Below are positions 9,007 through 17,217 of a stretch of 29,249 nt of DNA, piece by piece (within the stretch, counting starts at the first letter, position 1; each line of letters begins with the position of its first letter). Source of the stretch: Pyrobaculum sp. GTDB taxonomy: Archaea > Thermoproteota > Thermoprotei > Thermoproteales > Thermoproteaceae. The stretch lies in NCBI GenBank assembly GCA_046293555.1, contig JBKBOT010000020.1:1-29249 (forward strand), read 5' to 3'. The notes beneath the pieces were generated by a model. The model worked only from the letters and a program-made list of their open reading frames with translations, was not told where the DNA came from and did not search any database. Position numbers and translations under genes: made by a program.

Positions 9007-9014
9007 TTTTAAAA
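9007..9014. promoter_or_regulatory. Palindromic bidirectional TATA box (TTTTAAAA)
   Basis: Its plus-strand 5' end is 26 nt before GTG 9033 (elp3). Its minus-strand 5' end is 27 nt before GTG 8987 (methyltransferase). Confidence 0.6.
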
Positions 9015-9032
9015 CTAACCGTGTTGCCACCT

Positions 9033-10430
9033 GTGGAGAGGCCTCTCCGCTTTATTCGAGCCGCCAGTGGGGTACATGTGGTGGCCGTTATGACTCACCC
9101 CATGCCCTGTCCCGGCCGTTGTGCCTTTTGCCCCACGGCGGAGGGGGCGCCTAAGTCCTACATGCCGGATAGCCCCGTGGCTTTAAGGGCTAGGAGAAAC
9201 GGCTTTGATCCCTACCGCCAGGTGGCGGGCAGGATTTCTGTATATATGGCAAATGGCCATCTTCCCAACAAAATAGAGGCAATTGTGCTTGGCGGTACCT
9301 TCACGGCGCTTCCCCGTAGCTACCGTGAGTGGCTTGTGGGCAGTATATACAAGGCGCTTAACGACTTCCCCCACTGGGGCGCCTCCCCACACGTGGACCT
9401 AGAGTGGGAACAGCTGCGCAACGAGAGGGCCGCCCTCAGGCTGGTGGCCCTCGCCATAGAGACCAGGCCTGACTATATAGACGAGGGGGAGGTAGACCAT
9501 TTGTTAAAACTAGGCGTCACCAGGGTGGAGCTTGGGGTGCAGTCTATATATGACGACGTCCTTAAGAGGGTGGAGAGAGGCCACGGCGTTGGGGAGGTGG
9601 TGTTAGCCACAAGGCTTCTGAAAGATTCGGCGTATAAAGTGTGTTACCACTTAATGCCGGGGCTCCCCGGCTCAGACCCAGATAGAGACCTGGAGATGTT
9701 TAGAGAGGTTTTCACAAACCCGGACTTCATGCCCGATTGCGTCAAGATCTACCCCCTCTACGTGGTGCCCCACACGAAGCTATATGAGGAGTGGAGAAGG
9801 GGGGAGTACAAGAGTTACGACAGAGAGACGTGGCTTGACCTACTCGCCAAGATCTACGCCTCTGTGCCGCGATGGGTTAGAGTGATGAGACTAGGCCGCG
9901 ACATCCCGTTACACCACGTGGTGGAGGGCCCCCCGTGGGGGAACATGAGGCAGGTGGTTTTGCGGCACATGGAGAGGCTTGGGCTGAGGTGCGTGGAGAT
10001 TAGATGTAGGGAGGTGGGAGTTAAGCTGGCTAACTCGAGGCTGGTGGAGCCAGGCCTCATAGAGGTGAAGAAGACTGCCTACAAGGCCTCTGAAGGGACA
10101 GAGTGGTTTATAGAGGCGGTGGGGCCTGACGACACTCTTTACGGCATAGTAAGGCTGAGAATACCCCACGCCCCCCACAGGCCGGAGCTAAGGGGAGACG
10201 TGGCGTTGGTCAGAGAGCTTCACGTATATGGCCCGGCGGTGCCGATAGGCGAGAGGGGGATATGGTGGCAACACGTGGGGATTGGGAGGCGGCTTATGAA
10301 AGAGGCCGAAGAGACGGCGTCTAGGCTGGGCGCCGTCAGGTTGGCGGTTATCTCCGGCGTGGGGGCTAGAGAGTATTACGGAAAGTTAGGCTATGAGAGA
10401 TGCGGCCCCTATATGTGTAAAAAGCTTTAG
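9033..10430 (+). CDS. elp3: tRNA uridine(34) carboxymethyltransferase Elp3 (radical SAM plus GNAT)
   Basis: CPGRCAFC cluster motif, PKSY, GGTF, ETRPD, ELGVQS, KIYP, RELHVYG, QHVGIG, ISGVGAREYY. Start re-placed at GTG 9033 (GTG 9021 possible; the track start 8931 overlaps the divergent gene). Confidence 0.96.
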   Translation: MERPLRFIRAASGVHVVAVMTHPMPCPGRCAFCPTAEGAPKSYMPDSPVALRARRNGFDPYRQVAGRISVYMANGHLPNKIEAIVLGGTFTALPRSYREWLVGSIYKALNDFPHWGASPHVDLEWEQLRNERAALRLVALAIETRPDYIDEGEVDHLLKLGVTRVELGVQSIYDDVLKRVERGHGVGEVVLATRLLKDSAYKVCYHLMPGLPGSDPDRDLEMFREVFTNPDFMPDCVKIYPLYVVPHTKLYEEWRRGEYKSYDRETWLDLLAKIYASVPRWVRVMRLGRDIPLHHVVEGPPWGNMRQVVLRHMERLGLRCVEIRCREVGVKLANSRLVEPGLIEVKKTAYKASEGTEWFIEAVGPDDTLYGIVRLRIPHAPHRPELRGDVALVRELHVYGPAVPIGERGIWWQHVGIGRRLMKEAEETASRLGAVRLAVISGVGAREYYGKLGYERCGPYMCKKL

Positions 10431-10432
10431 CC

Positions 10433-11407
10433 ATGCTCCCACCGCCTGCAGGCGTGCTTAAATTAGACCAAAACGAGGTGCCCATACCCCCGCCACAACA
10501 CGTGATAGAAGCCGCGACGGCTGCCCTCTACGTCTCTAACTGGTACCAACCGGCTCAGCTTTACGACGAGGTGAGAAGGCTATATGCGGAATACGCCGGG
10601 GTGAGGCCTGATCACGTCTACCTCTTCCCCGGCGCAGACGACTTTTTTGAACAGGCGCTCCTAAAGGCCAAGAGGGTGGCGGCGCCAAGCCCCACTTACT
10701 TCCTTTTTGAAGACCAAGCGGCATTCCACAGGGTGGAGCTTCTACAAAGCCCCCTAAAGGACTTCACGTTAGATCTAGCCGACTTTTTGGAAAAAGCCAA
10801 GAGGGCAGACGCCATCTATATAGACAATCCCAACAACCCCACTGGGCAGTTGTTAATAAGGCCGAGCCATCTGGAGGAGATTCTGTCGCTGGGGAGACAC
10901 ACCATTGTGGACGAGGCCTATTTCGAGTTTTCTGGCGTCACGGCGGCTGGACTTGTGGAGAGCTGGCCTAACCTCACTGTGGTGAGAACAATGTCTAAAG
11001 CTTTCCTCCTGGCGGGCCTTCGCGTCACGCCGGTGATAACACGCCAGAGGCTACATTACAACACGGTACGCTTCAGAGTTTCACTCCCCTCTCTAGCTGC
11101 CGCCAGAGCTGCCCTGTATAATAGAGAGTATGTGGCACATGTGGTAGAGACTGTAAAAAGGGGGGTAGAGACGTTAAGGAGAGGGCTTGAGGATTTTGGA
11201 ATAAAGACGTGGCCTACATACGCCAACTTCATACTGGCCAAAGGCCCGCCCGGCCTTGCGGCGTTGTTTAGAAAAGGCGGCGTCTGGGTTAGAGACGAGG
11301 AGGCAAGGCTCGGACCTGGCTTTGTGAGAATTACGGCGGGCACCCCGGAGCAATGCCTACATGTGGTCAACGTCGCCAGGTCACTCCTCGGCAATTTCCG
11401 CAGCTAG
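10433..11407 (+). CDS. hisC: PLP-dependent class I/II aminotransferase, histidinol-phosphate aminotransferase-like (CobD-like not excluded)
   Basis: KLDQNE, NPNNPTG, VDEAYFEF, RTMSKAFLLAGLR (PLP lysine), ANFIL, VRITAG. Confidence 0.75.
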   Translation: MLPPPAGVLKLDQNEVPIPPPQHVIEAATAALYVSNWYQPAQLYDEVRRLYAEYAGVRPDHVYLFPGADDFFEQALLKAKRVAAPSPTYFLFEDQAAFHRVELLQSPLKDFTLDLADFLEKAKRADAIYIDNPNNPTGQLLIRPSHLEEILSLGRHTIVDEAYFEFSGVTAAGLVESWPNLTVVRTMSKAFLLAGLRVTPVITRQRLHYNTVRFRVSLPSLAAARAALYNREYVAHVVETVKRGVETLRRGLEDFGIKTWPTYANFILAKGPPGLAALFRKGGVWVRDEEARLGPGFVRITAGTPEQCLHVVNVARSLLGNFRS

Positions 11408-13954
11408 CCTACGCCTCCTCTTTCTCATAAACCACAGTAGGAAGGCCGCGCCGCCCGCCGCACCGCTCACTACAGCTAGCGGCAGTGGGTCAAGACTCCA
11501 CACGGCCTCATATAACGTAGGCGCCGCGGCTATAGGCATGGCTGGATATGTGTACACCACGCCCGTGGAGACATCACGCCAGCCGGCAAAGAGATACCGT
11601 ATGAGGGGCGCCGGGTCCCACACCTCTGTGGGCGTGGGCATTATGCCTACGGTAGACCCCTCGTCTACCCACATGGAGGGAGGCACAACGCCATATCTAG
11701 AGGAGAATCGGACAAGATACTGCCTCTTTGTGGTGTAGGTAATATTAAGAGGCTCAAATACCCTAACCCTCAGCGGCGTGGTTGTAGCGTTTGGCCTCCC
11801 GTTTACTACCCACTGTCGTAACACCGTCCGGACGCCGCCGCTTTCGCTAATAGGCGTGGGGATGTTGACCACTATCTCACTTCCCTTGTCGACCCACGTG
11901 GCGTTGGGAGGCTGGGCTACGTAGGCAGGCGGCTTGACCCACACCCTGTATTGCACCACATATCTGGGGTTTAGGGCTATGGGCCTTTCTACAGTGCGGC
12001 TTATCACAGTGGCGAACTCCTCCTTTGTGTGTTCAAGCCCGGCCCAGCCGGCGAATTTAAGCCTGGTGTTATTTCTAAAGTCGTAAACCTCCGGCGTACG
12101 GAATACCACCAGGCTCCCCAAGTCCGCCCATAGCGACTGGGTGTCGTTCACCGTGGCGGGCCATCTGGTGGTGATTAACGCCTGCGGGACGTAAAAGCCC
12201 TGGGCCGAGATGGGATACATCCTGACTTCTGGCGCGCGGCCAGAGGTAATGGGGTTGCCAAACTGGTCAAAAATAACCACGTCGTCTAGCCTCAACCTCG
12301 CCGTATCGTTTATCCGTAAGGCCGACGGCAGCGACACTACATAAATCGCCTCGATAGAGATGGGCTTGTCTATAAACACGGAGATAGACGACGTGGGGAG
12401 ACCTACCCTCCTGCCGTCTATCAGCCAGCCGGAAAGCCTCATGACCCCCTCGGCGACGCCCGGGGTGTTGTAGACAGGGACTTTTAGCTGCGGCTCGGCG
12501 TAAAACACGACGCTGCCAGAAGCCCAGTCTGGCCCCCGCACAAGCGGCGACTTGTAAACCCGGTACTCTAACACATAGTCCACAGAGATGACTTCAGCCA
12601 CGTCGCCAGTTACCTCCAGCGTGAGGTTTGCCACAGGCCTACATCTCACTTCCCCCAGGTATCTATACTGGGGCTCAACCTCCAGGCGGCCTACTGGCAC
12701 CAACAGCTCTCTGACGCCTGAAACCTGGTATACATACCTGGCCTCCCCCGACCTTACCAACACCTCCACCGGCAGACACTCCCTCGGTGCCGAGGCGGAG
12801 AGCCTCACTGCGGCAAATTTCGCCACGCCGTAGCGATCCCAAGTTTCATACACTACAGTCTTCCCGTCGTGAGAGACGGCCAGAGATGTCACCGGCCTGC
12901 CGGCTAACAGCCGCGCCGCCTCCACGCCGTTTCTAAAGACCACCACGTGGCCGCCCAAAGTCCCCACGGCCACAATAGAGCCGTCGCCAGATGTAGCTAT
13001 GGAGAGAGGCGGCGCGGGGAGCGAGGCCCTCCAAGCCACAGAGCGCTGCCTCAAGGCCACAAGCTCCCCATAGAGCCCCAAGTAGACCCACTGCCCGTCT
13101 TGACTCGCCGCCATGGGGGCCCTAGGCGTATCGATGCCGTAAGTCACAGTTATGGCTGGGCTAAACTCGACGCCATATGGCATCACATATATCCGGGGGG
13201 CGGCGTCTTTTACAAAACAGGCCGCCACCGCCGTGCCGTCAGGCGCCACGGCGAGGTTAAACACAGAGCCGGGACAGGTATATACACGAGAGGCGGAACC
13301 CCCGACGATTTTATACACCTCGCCGCCGGCAGTCCCCACAAAGAGCTCCCTACCATCTCTAGAGTAGCCCATTGCCGTCACCGGGTGGGGGAATTTATGA
13401 GAGCCAACCACGCGGCCGTCTTTCACAACTACCACCCGCCCATCCACAGTGCCGACAGCCACCTCCACACAGTTGGTAGCCACGGCGGAGGCGTTTATGC
13501 CGGCCAGAGAGGTAGCCCAGTGGGGGTAGCCATATGGCGTATGTAGAGAAACCACAGCCCCTTTATACACGCCGGCAATTATAACTGGCGGCAGGGGGAG
13601 GGTGAAATTTAGCACCACACGTAACCTCTTGGGGAGAGAAATGCCGTACTGCCTAAGGGCGTTAAGAATGTCTTCAGACAGCTCTATGTCAACAGGGGCG
13701 CTGATAGTAACGGGGATCTCTTGCTGCAAGACTTGGTACACATAGGGGCGGTTAACTACCGCAAAACACCGCCCCACGGCGTCAGAAGCCACCAGTGGGT
13801 ACACCACGTCAAGTGTGTACAACTCCGCCCCATCTGCCCCCACCACCCTAACGGCCGAGGGGGAGGCCCAGTAAAACACGTCGAGAGACTCAGTAGGCGT
13901 CACGTAGGCAAACACAGCCGCCGCCAACAACACAAGCCAAGCCACAAGCCGCAT
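11381..13954 (-). CDS. Membrane-anchored cell-surface protein with WD40/PQQ-like beta-propeller and repeated Ig-like stalk
   Basis: Class I-like signal MRLVAWLVLLAAAVFA. About 40-aa blade repeats (PVTAMGYSRDG..VGT..G.V, PLSIATSGDG..VGT..G.V, PVTSLAVSHDG). Stalk repeats QYxV..WVDxG..F.GW. C-terminal TM helix followed by RKRRRR. Start at ATG 13954 preferred over TTG 13975. Confidence 0.8.
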   Translation of the reverse strand: MRLVAWLVLLAAAVFAYVTPTESLDVFYWASPSAVRVVGADGAELYTLDVVYPLVASDAVGRCFAVVNRPYVYQVLQQEIPVTISAPVDIELSEDILNALRQYGISLPKRLRVVLNFTLPLPPVIIAGVYKGAVVSLHTPYGYPHWATSLAGINASAVATNCVEVAVGTVDGRVVVVKDGRVVGSHKFPHPVTAMGYSRDGRELFVGTAGGEVYKIVGGSASRVYTCPGSVFNLAVAPDGTAVAACFVKDAAPRIYVMPYGVEFSPAITVTYGIDTPRAPMAASQDGQWVYLGLYGELVALRQRSVAWRASLPAPPLSIATSGDGSIVAVGTLGGHVVVFRNGVEAARLLAGRPVTSLAVSHDGKTVVYETWDRYGVAKFAAVRLSASAPRECLPVEVLVRSGEARYVYQVSGVRELLVPVGRLEVEPQYRYLGEVRCRPVANLTLEVTGDVAEVISVDYVLEYRVYKSPLVRGPDWASGSVVFYAEPQLKVPVYNTPGVAEGVMRLSGWLIDGRRVGLPTSSISVFIDKPISIEAIYVVSLPSALRINDTARLRLDDVVIFDQFGNPITSGRAPEVRMYPISAQGFYVPQALITTRWPATVNDTQSLWADLGSLVVFRTPEVYDFRNNTRLKFAGWAGLEHTKEEFATVISRTVERPIALNPRYVVQYRVWVKPPAYVAQPPNATWVDKGSEIVVNIPTPISESGGVRTVLRQWVVNGRPNATTTPLRVRVFEPLNITYTTKRQYLVRFSSRYGVVPPSMWVDEGSTVGIMPTPTEVWDPAPLIRYLFAGWRDVSTGVVYTYPAMPIAAAPTLYEAVWSLDPLPLAVVSGAAGGAAFLLWFMRKRRRRLAAEIAEE

Positions 13955-13977
13955 ATCCAATAGAGAAACCCCCAAAT

Positions 13978-14379
13978 TTATTTACAACGGACACTAGACA
14001 CGTCGGGCACAACTATAGGCGACACGGGGTAGCTAGACCCCCCGCCAGTCACCACATATAAAATCGGCGAGGAGCCAGGCGTGTAGCTCTCCTGAAGCGA
14101 CCCCCTAGCCTCAGCCAGCTCGCCCACAGCTGCATACAACTGTACTGACACACTCCTGCCGGACACGCCGGAGATAACCAAAACGCCATAAAAGTCGTGA
14201 GGACCCATATTCCGGACACAAACCACAAAATTACCGCCAGAATCCAAATAAGCCGATACAGGCACGACACGAGAAAACTCCCTAACGCCAACCACAAAAT
14301 TGCTAAAAAGCCACACGCCGACAACAAAAGCCAACACCAAAAAAAGAAGAAGGAAAAAAACAGTTTGGAGAGATTTCAC
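13978..14379 (-). CDS. Pilin paralogue (minor pilin) without prepilin leader
   Basis: Aligns without gaps over about 60 aa to the mature major pilin (G.F.+.V.N.GP.D) and shares the C-terminal TPG..GG.S.P. Starts MKSLQ at the position equivalent to MTSLE. Begins 1 nt after the pilin stop. Confidence 0.7.
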   Translation of the reverse strand: MKSLQTVFFLLLFLVLAFVVGVWLFSNFVVGVREFSRVVPVSAYLDSGGNFVVCVRNMGPHDFYGVLVISGVSGRSVSVQLYAAVGELAEARGSLQESYTPGSSPILYVVTGGGSSYPVSPIVVPDVSSVRCK

Positions 14380-14380
14380 A

Positions 14381-14776
14381 CTACGGCTTTACTGCCGCAT
14401 TGAACGGAAACGACTGGCCGCCGCTTAGTATCACTCTACCGGACAACATAGTGCCCGGCGTCAGTGTAACACCCGATACAGAGCCGGATAATTCTTTTTG
14501 TTCACCAACTGCTACTTTTACTGGCGCGTCATTAAGTGTAGCAGTCTGTCCTGCTATTTCTACAGAGGAGACTTGTACATCTACTGGGCCTGGGTTCATT
14601 ACAACAATATTAAAGGTTCCATCTTGTTTTATCTCTGCTGTTATGACGTTTAGTCTTGGCTGTCCAGTTGCTGAGGCGACAAATGTGGTGTATATATACC
14701 ACCCCACAGCCACCGCGATTATTAACACTATTGCCACTATTATCGCTATTTCTAGGCTTGTCATACCTCTGGCCAT
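14381..14776 (-). CDS. Archaeal type IV major pilin
   Basis: MARG|MTSLEIAIIVAIVLIIAVAVGWYIYTTF is a class III signal peptide with Glu+5. From recall it closely resembles the Pyrobaculum arsenaticum type IV pilin. Start at ATG 14776, 28 nt after a TATA box. Confidence 0.9.
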   Translation of the reverse strand: MARGMTSLEIAIIVAIVLIIAVAVGWYIYTTFVASATGQPRLNVITAEIKQDGTFNIVVMNPGPVDVQVSSVEIAGQTATLNDAPVKVAVGEQKELSGSVSGVTLTPGTMLSGRVILSGGQSFPFNAAVKP

Positions 14777-14796
14777 GGGCAATGTTTGTCAGCTAG

Positions 14797-14828
14797 AATA
14801 TATATCTTACGGAGCGATATTTTTATAA
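14797..14828. promoter_or_regulatory. Back-to-back TATA boxes for pilin (minus, 14797-14804) and sufD-like gene (plus, 14821-14828)
   Basis: TATATATT (minus) and TTTTATAA (plus), each 25-28 nt from a start codon. Confidence 0.6.
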
Positions 14829-14845
14829 TAGGATTCGGCTTTGTC

Positions 14846-15952
14846 ATGGATTTATCTACGGCGAGGAGGTTGGGGTTGGAGCTGGCGTCTAAGCTGCCCT
14901 GGCAGGAGGTGGCCGACTCGCCTACTGTGCGGTATTATACGGATTGGTCTAAGTTTGAGGGCTTTTCCCCACTGGCCAGGTTGGGGGTGGGGGGTGTGGA
15001 GGCTGGGCCTTGTGAGGTGGTTGTTGTCAATGGGGTGTTGGCTGGTTTTGGCGGCTGCGGCGGCGTGGAGGTGGGTGTTGGCGGCGAGGTTTTTCGCCTC
15101 CTTTCTATTGACAGCAGGGTTTTGGCTCTTCACGCCTCTGTGTTGCAGTCTGTGGTGTCGATATCTATAAGGAGGCCTCTGGGGAGGCCTTTAGTTATCA
15201 AGCTGGCGGCGTCGGGGCCGGAGGGGGGCCACGTGGCTAGCCACGTCTTGCTGGAAGCCGAGGCGCCGGGGTCTGTGGCGGTGTTGGTATCTAACGCCGC
15301 CGGCGTTATGCACACCGCAGTTATTGAGGCTGAGTTCAGGGGGTCGACAGATTTCCTCCTAGCGTCCAGGGGGGCGGGGCCTCAGTATGTCCACTCGAGG
15401 GCCCGCGTCTACTCCTCGGCGAGGGCCAGGCCTCTGGTGTGGGGCGGAGTTATGAACGCCGTCAGGGAGGAGTACCACCTGGCTGAAAGGGCGCATGCAG
15501 ACGTGGTGGGGCTTGAGTTTGGCCAGGGCGACAGCCGTATTGACCACGTGGTGTCTGTAGTAAACGAGGGGCGGGAGAGTAGGGGCTACGCCAGGCTGTA
15601 CGCAGTGGCTAAAGACAAGTCTTTTGTCACACAGAGGGCTATAGGCCGTATCACAAAGACCGGCCTTTGGAGCGACAACGCGGTGGAGGGCGTGGTCTAC
15701 ATCGCGGGGGAGGGGGCTGTGGCTAACACCCAGCCCATAATCCTGGTGGAGACTGGGGAGGTGGCTGGGGCGAGACATTCGGCAGCAGACGCGGCGTTAG
15801 ACGAGGAGCGGGAGTACTACCTCAGGGCCAGGGGGATAGACAGGAGGGACATACCGGCCCTCCTTGTGGCCAGCCTGATAGACCGCTATCTTGCAGAAGT
15901 GCCAGAGGGGCTCAGAGAGGTGGCGGGGACGTTATTTTCCGAACTTTCTTAG
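14846..15952 (+). CDS. sufD: SufD/SufB-family Fe-S cluster assembly protein (SufD-like)
   Basis: Beta-helix-type composition. C-terminal ANTQPIILVETGEVAGARHSAA..LDEE..YYLRARGI matches the SufBD core with the conserved His. Start at ATG 14846 (track: TTG 14786). Confidence 0.85.
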   Translation: MDLSTARRLGLELASKLPWQEVADSPTVRYYTDWSKFEGFSPLARLGVGGVEAGPCEVVVVNGVLAGFGGCGGVEVGVGGEVFRLLSIDSRVLALHASVLQSVVSISIRRPLGRPLVIKLAASGPEGGHVASHVLLEAEAPGSVAVLVSNAAGVMHTAVIEAEFRGSTDFLLASRGAGPQYVHSRARVYSSARARPLVWGGVMNAVREEYHLAERAHADVVGLEFGQGDSRIDHVVSVVNEGRESRGYARLYAVAKDKSFVTQRAIGRITKTGLWSDNAVEGVVYIAGEGAVANTQPIILVETGEVAGARHSAADAALDEEREYYLRARGIDRRDIPALLVASLIDRYLAEVPEGLREVAGTLFSELS

Positions 15953-15984
15953 GCCTGCTGCCGTGGGGTTATAACACGCGGCTT

Positions 15985-17217
15985 TTAGTCAATCCACCTC
16001 ACGTCCCTGGGGGTGAAGTAGGTGGGGATCTCCACGTCTATCTCCGGCGGCTTGTAGAGATGTCTCCACTCGCCGGGTCTGGGGGCTAGATGTCTCCCCA
16101 CGTTGACATATACCCACCTGTATGCCGCCGTGTGGAAGACCGTGCCGCATTTTCTACACCTCCTCTTCCCCCTGCCGGCGCTCTCCAGCGTGCCGCCACA
16201 GTAGGGACATGGGGGCTTCTCTCTGACGTACCGCCCCAACACCTCTGCCCTCTCTACATATAGGTAGAGCCGTCCCCCCCTCGGCTTTATGCCTCCAACT
16301 AGCTCCACGTGGCACATATGACAGCGCTCTAGCTCTGACGCCATTTTGCCCATATGTCTATACACTACGAAGTGGAGGCCGGTGTCCAGCCTGCCCACTA
16401 GATGTCTTGCGGGGGTACGCCACGTCTCTACAACCAGCCCCCTGGCCCTATACACCGAGTAGGGATATGGCTCTGGGTACAACACGCCTTGTGTGATGTG
16501 GGCATCTGTGGCCTGATTTGTCCTAAATATAGCCCAGCCGGAGGGCTTTAGGTACCGGTCGAGGACGGTCTTGGCGTATAACAGATGATACGGCGTGAGG
16601 CCCCTCACGCCGTAGTAGACGGGGTCCGGCCCCCTGGGCTGTATTAACACACGCCTCCTGTCAACATTGTGAAACGTAAAGGGGAATGTCAACGCCTCCA
16701 CCGCCCTAACTACCTTCGGCGGGACCTCCAGACGGTCGCCGTCGCGGTAGGCCAGAAGCTCGAAGGTAGAACGGGAGAGGTCTGCCCCCACTGCCGCCAC
16801 GGCGCCTACCTTCCCCCTCCCGCCCCAAGTCCTCACCCCAGCCCTCTCGACGGCGTTTAGGCTCACCACTTGCGTCAACGCCATCTTGTATATCGTCTTA
16901 GCTCCCTCTGGCGTCTCCCCCACCGCCATGGCCACCCCGGGGTCTGTCTTCCCCTCCCGCCTGGCGGCGGCTTTTACCAACTCGACGGCGAGGCCCCACA
17001 GCTCCTCCACGTCTGGTACATCTACCGCCAGCGCCACGGCGGCATTTCCCCTAGTCTTAAAGGGGATGTAGGGATTTAGCCTAACCAGCCGGGGGAAGTC
17101 TAAAAAGGCCTCTTCCCCCCACCGCCCTATCACCTCCCTCGCCAGTAGGTATGCCACATATGTGGTACAGCCGCCGCCGTGGCTATCCGTGTCGTCAATA
17201 CCCAATACCGCCCTCAC
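15985..17217 (-). CDS. tiaS: tRNA(Ile2) 2-agmatinylcytidine synthetase TiaS
   Basis: GIDDTDS..GGCTTY, PRLVRLNP.IPFKTRGNAAV, P.GPDPVYYGVRG, TNQATDAH, OB region and C-terminal Zn ribbon CPYC..CRKC. Confidence 0.96.
   Translation of the reverse strand: MRAVLGIDDTDSHGGGCTTYVAYLLAREVIGRWGEEAFLDFPRLVRLNPYIPFKTRGNAAVALAVDVPDVEELWGLAVELVKAAARREGKTDPGVAMAVGETPEGAKTIYKMALTQVVSLNAVERAGVRTWGGRGKVGAVAAVGADLSRSTFELLAYRDGDRLEVPPKVVRAVEALTFPFTFHNVDRRRVLIQPRGPDPVYYGVRGLTPYHLLYAKTVLDRYLKPSGWAIFRTNQATDAHITQGVLYPEPYPYSVYRARGLVVETWRTPARHLVGRLDTGLHFVVYRHMGKMASELERCHMCHVELVGGIKPRGGRLYLYVERAEVLGRYVREKPPCPYCGGTLESAGRGKRRCRKCGTVFHTAAYRWVYVNVGRHLAPRPGEWRHLYKPPEIDVEIPTYFTPRDVRWID

Noticed and set aside
8931-9032. N-terminal extension of Elp3 from TTG 8931, and TTG 9005 for the methyltransferase
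   Set aside because: The two extended ORFs would overlap head-to-head and span the shared TATA box. Homology starts later, and the GTG starts fit leaderless spacing.
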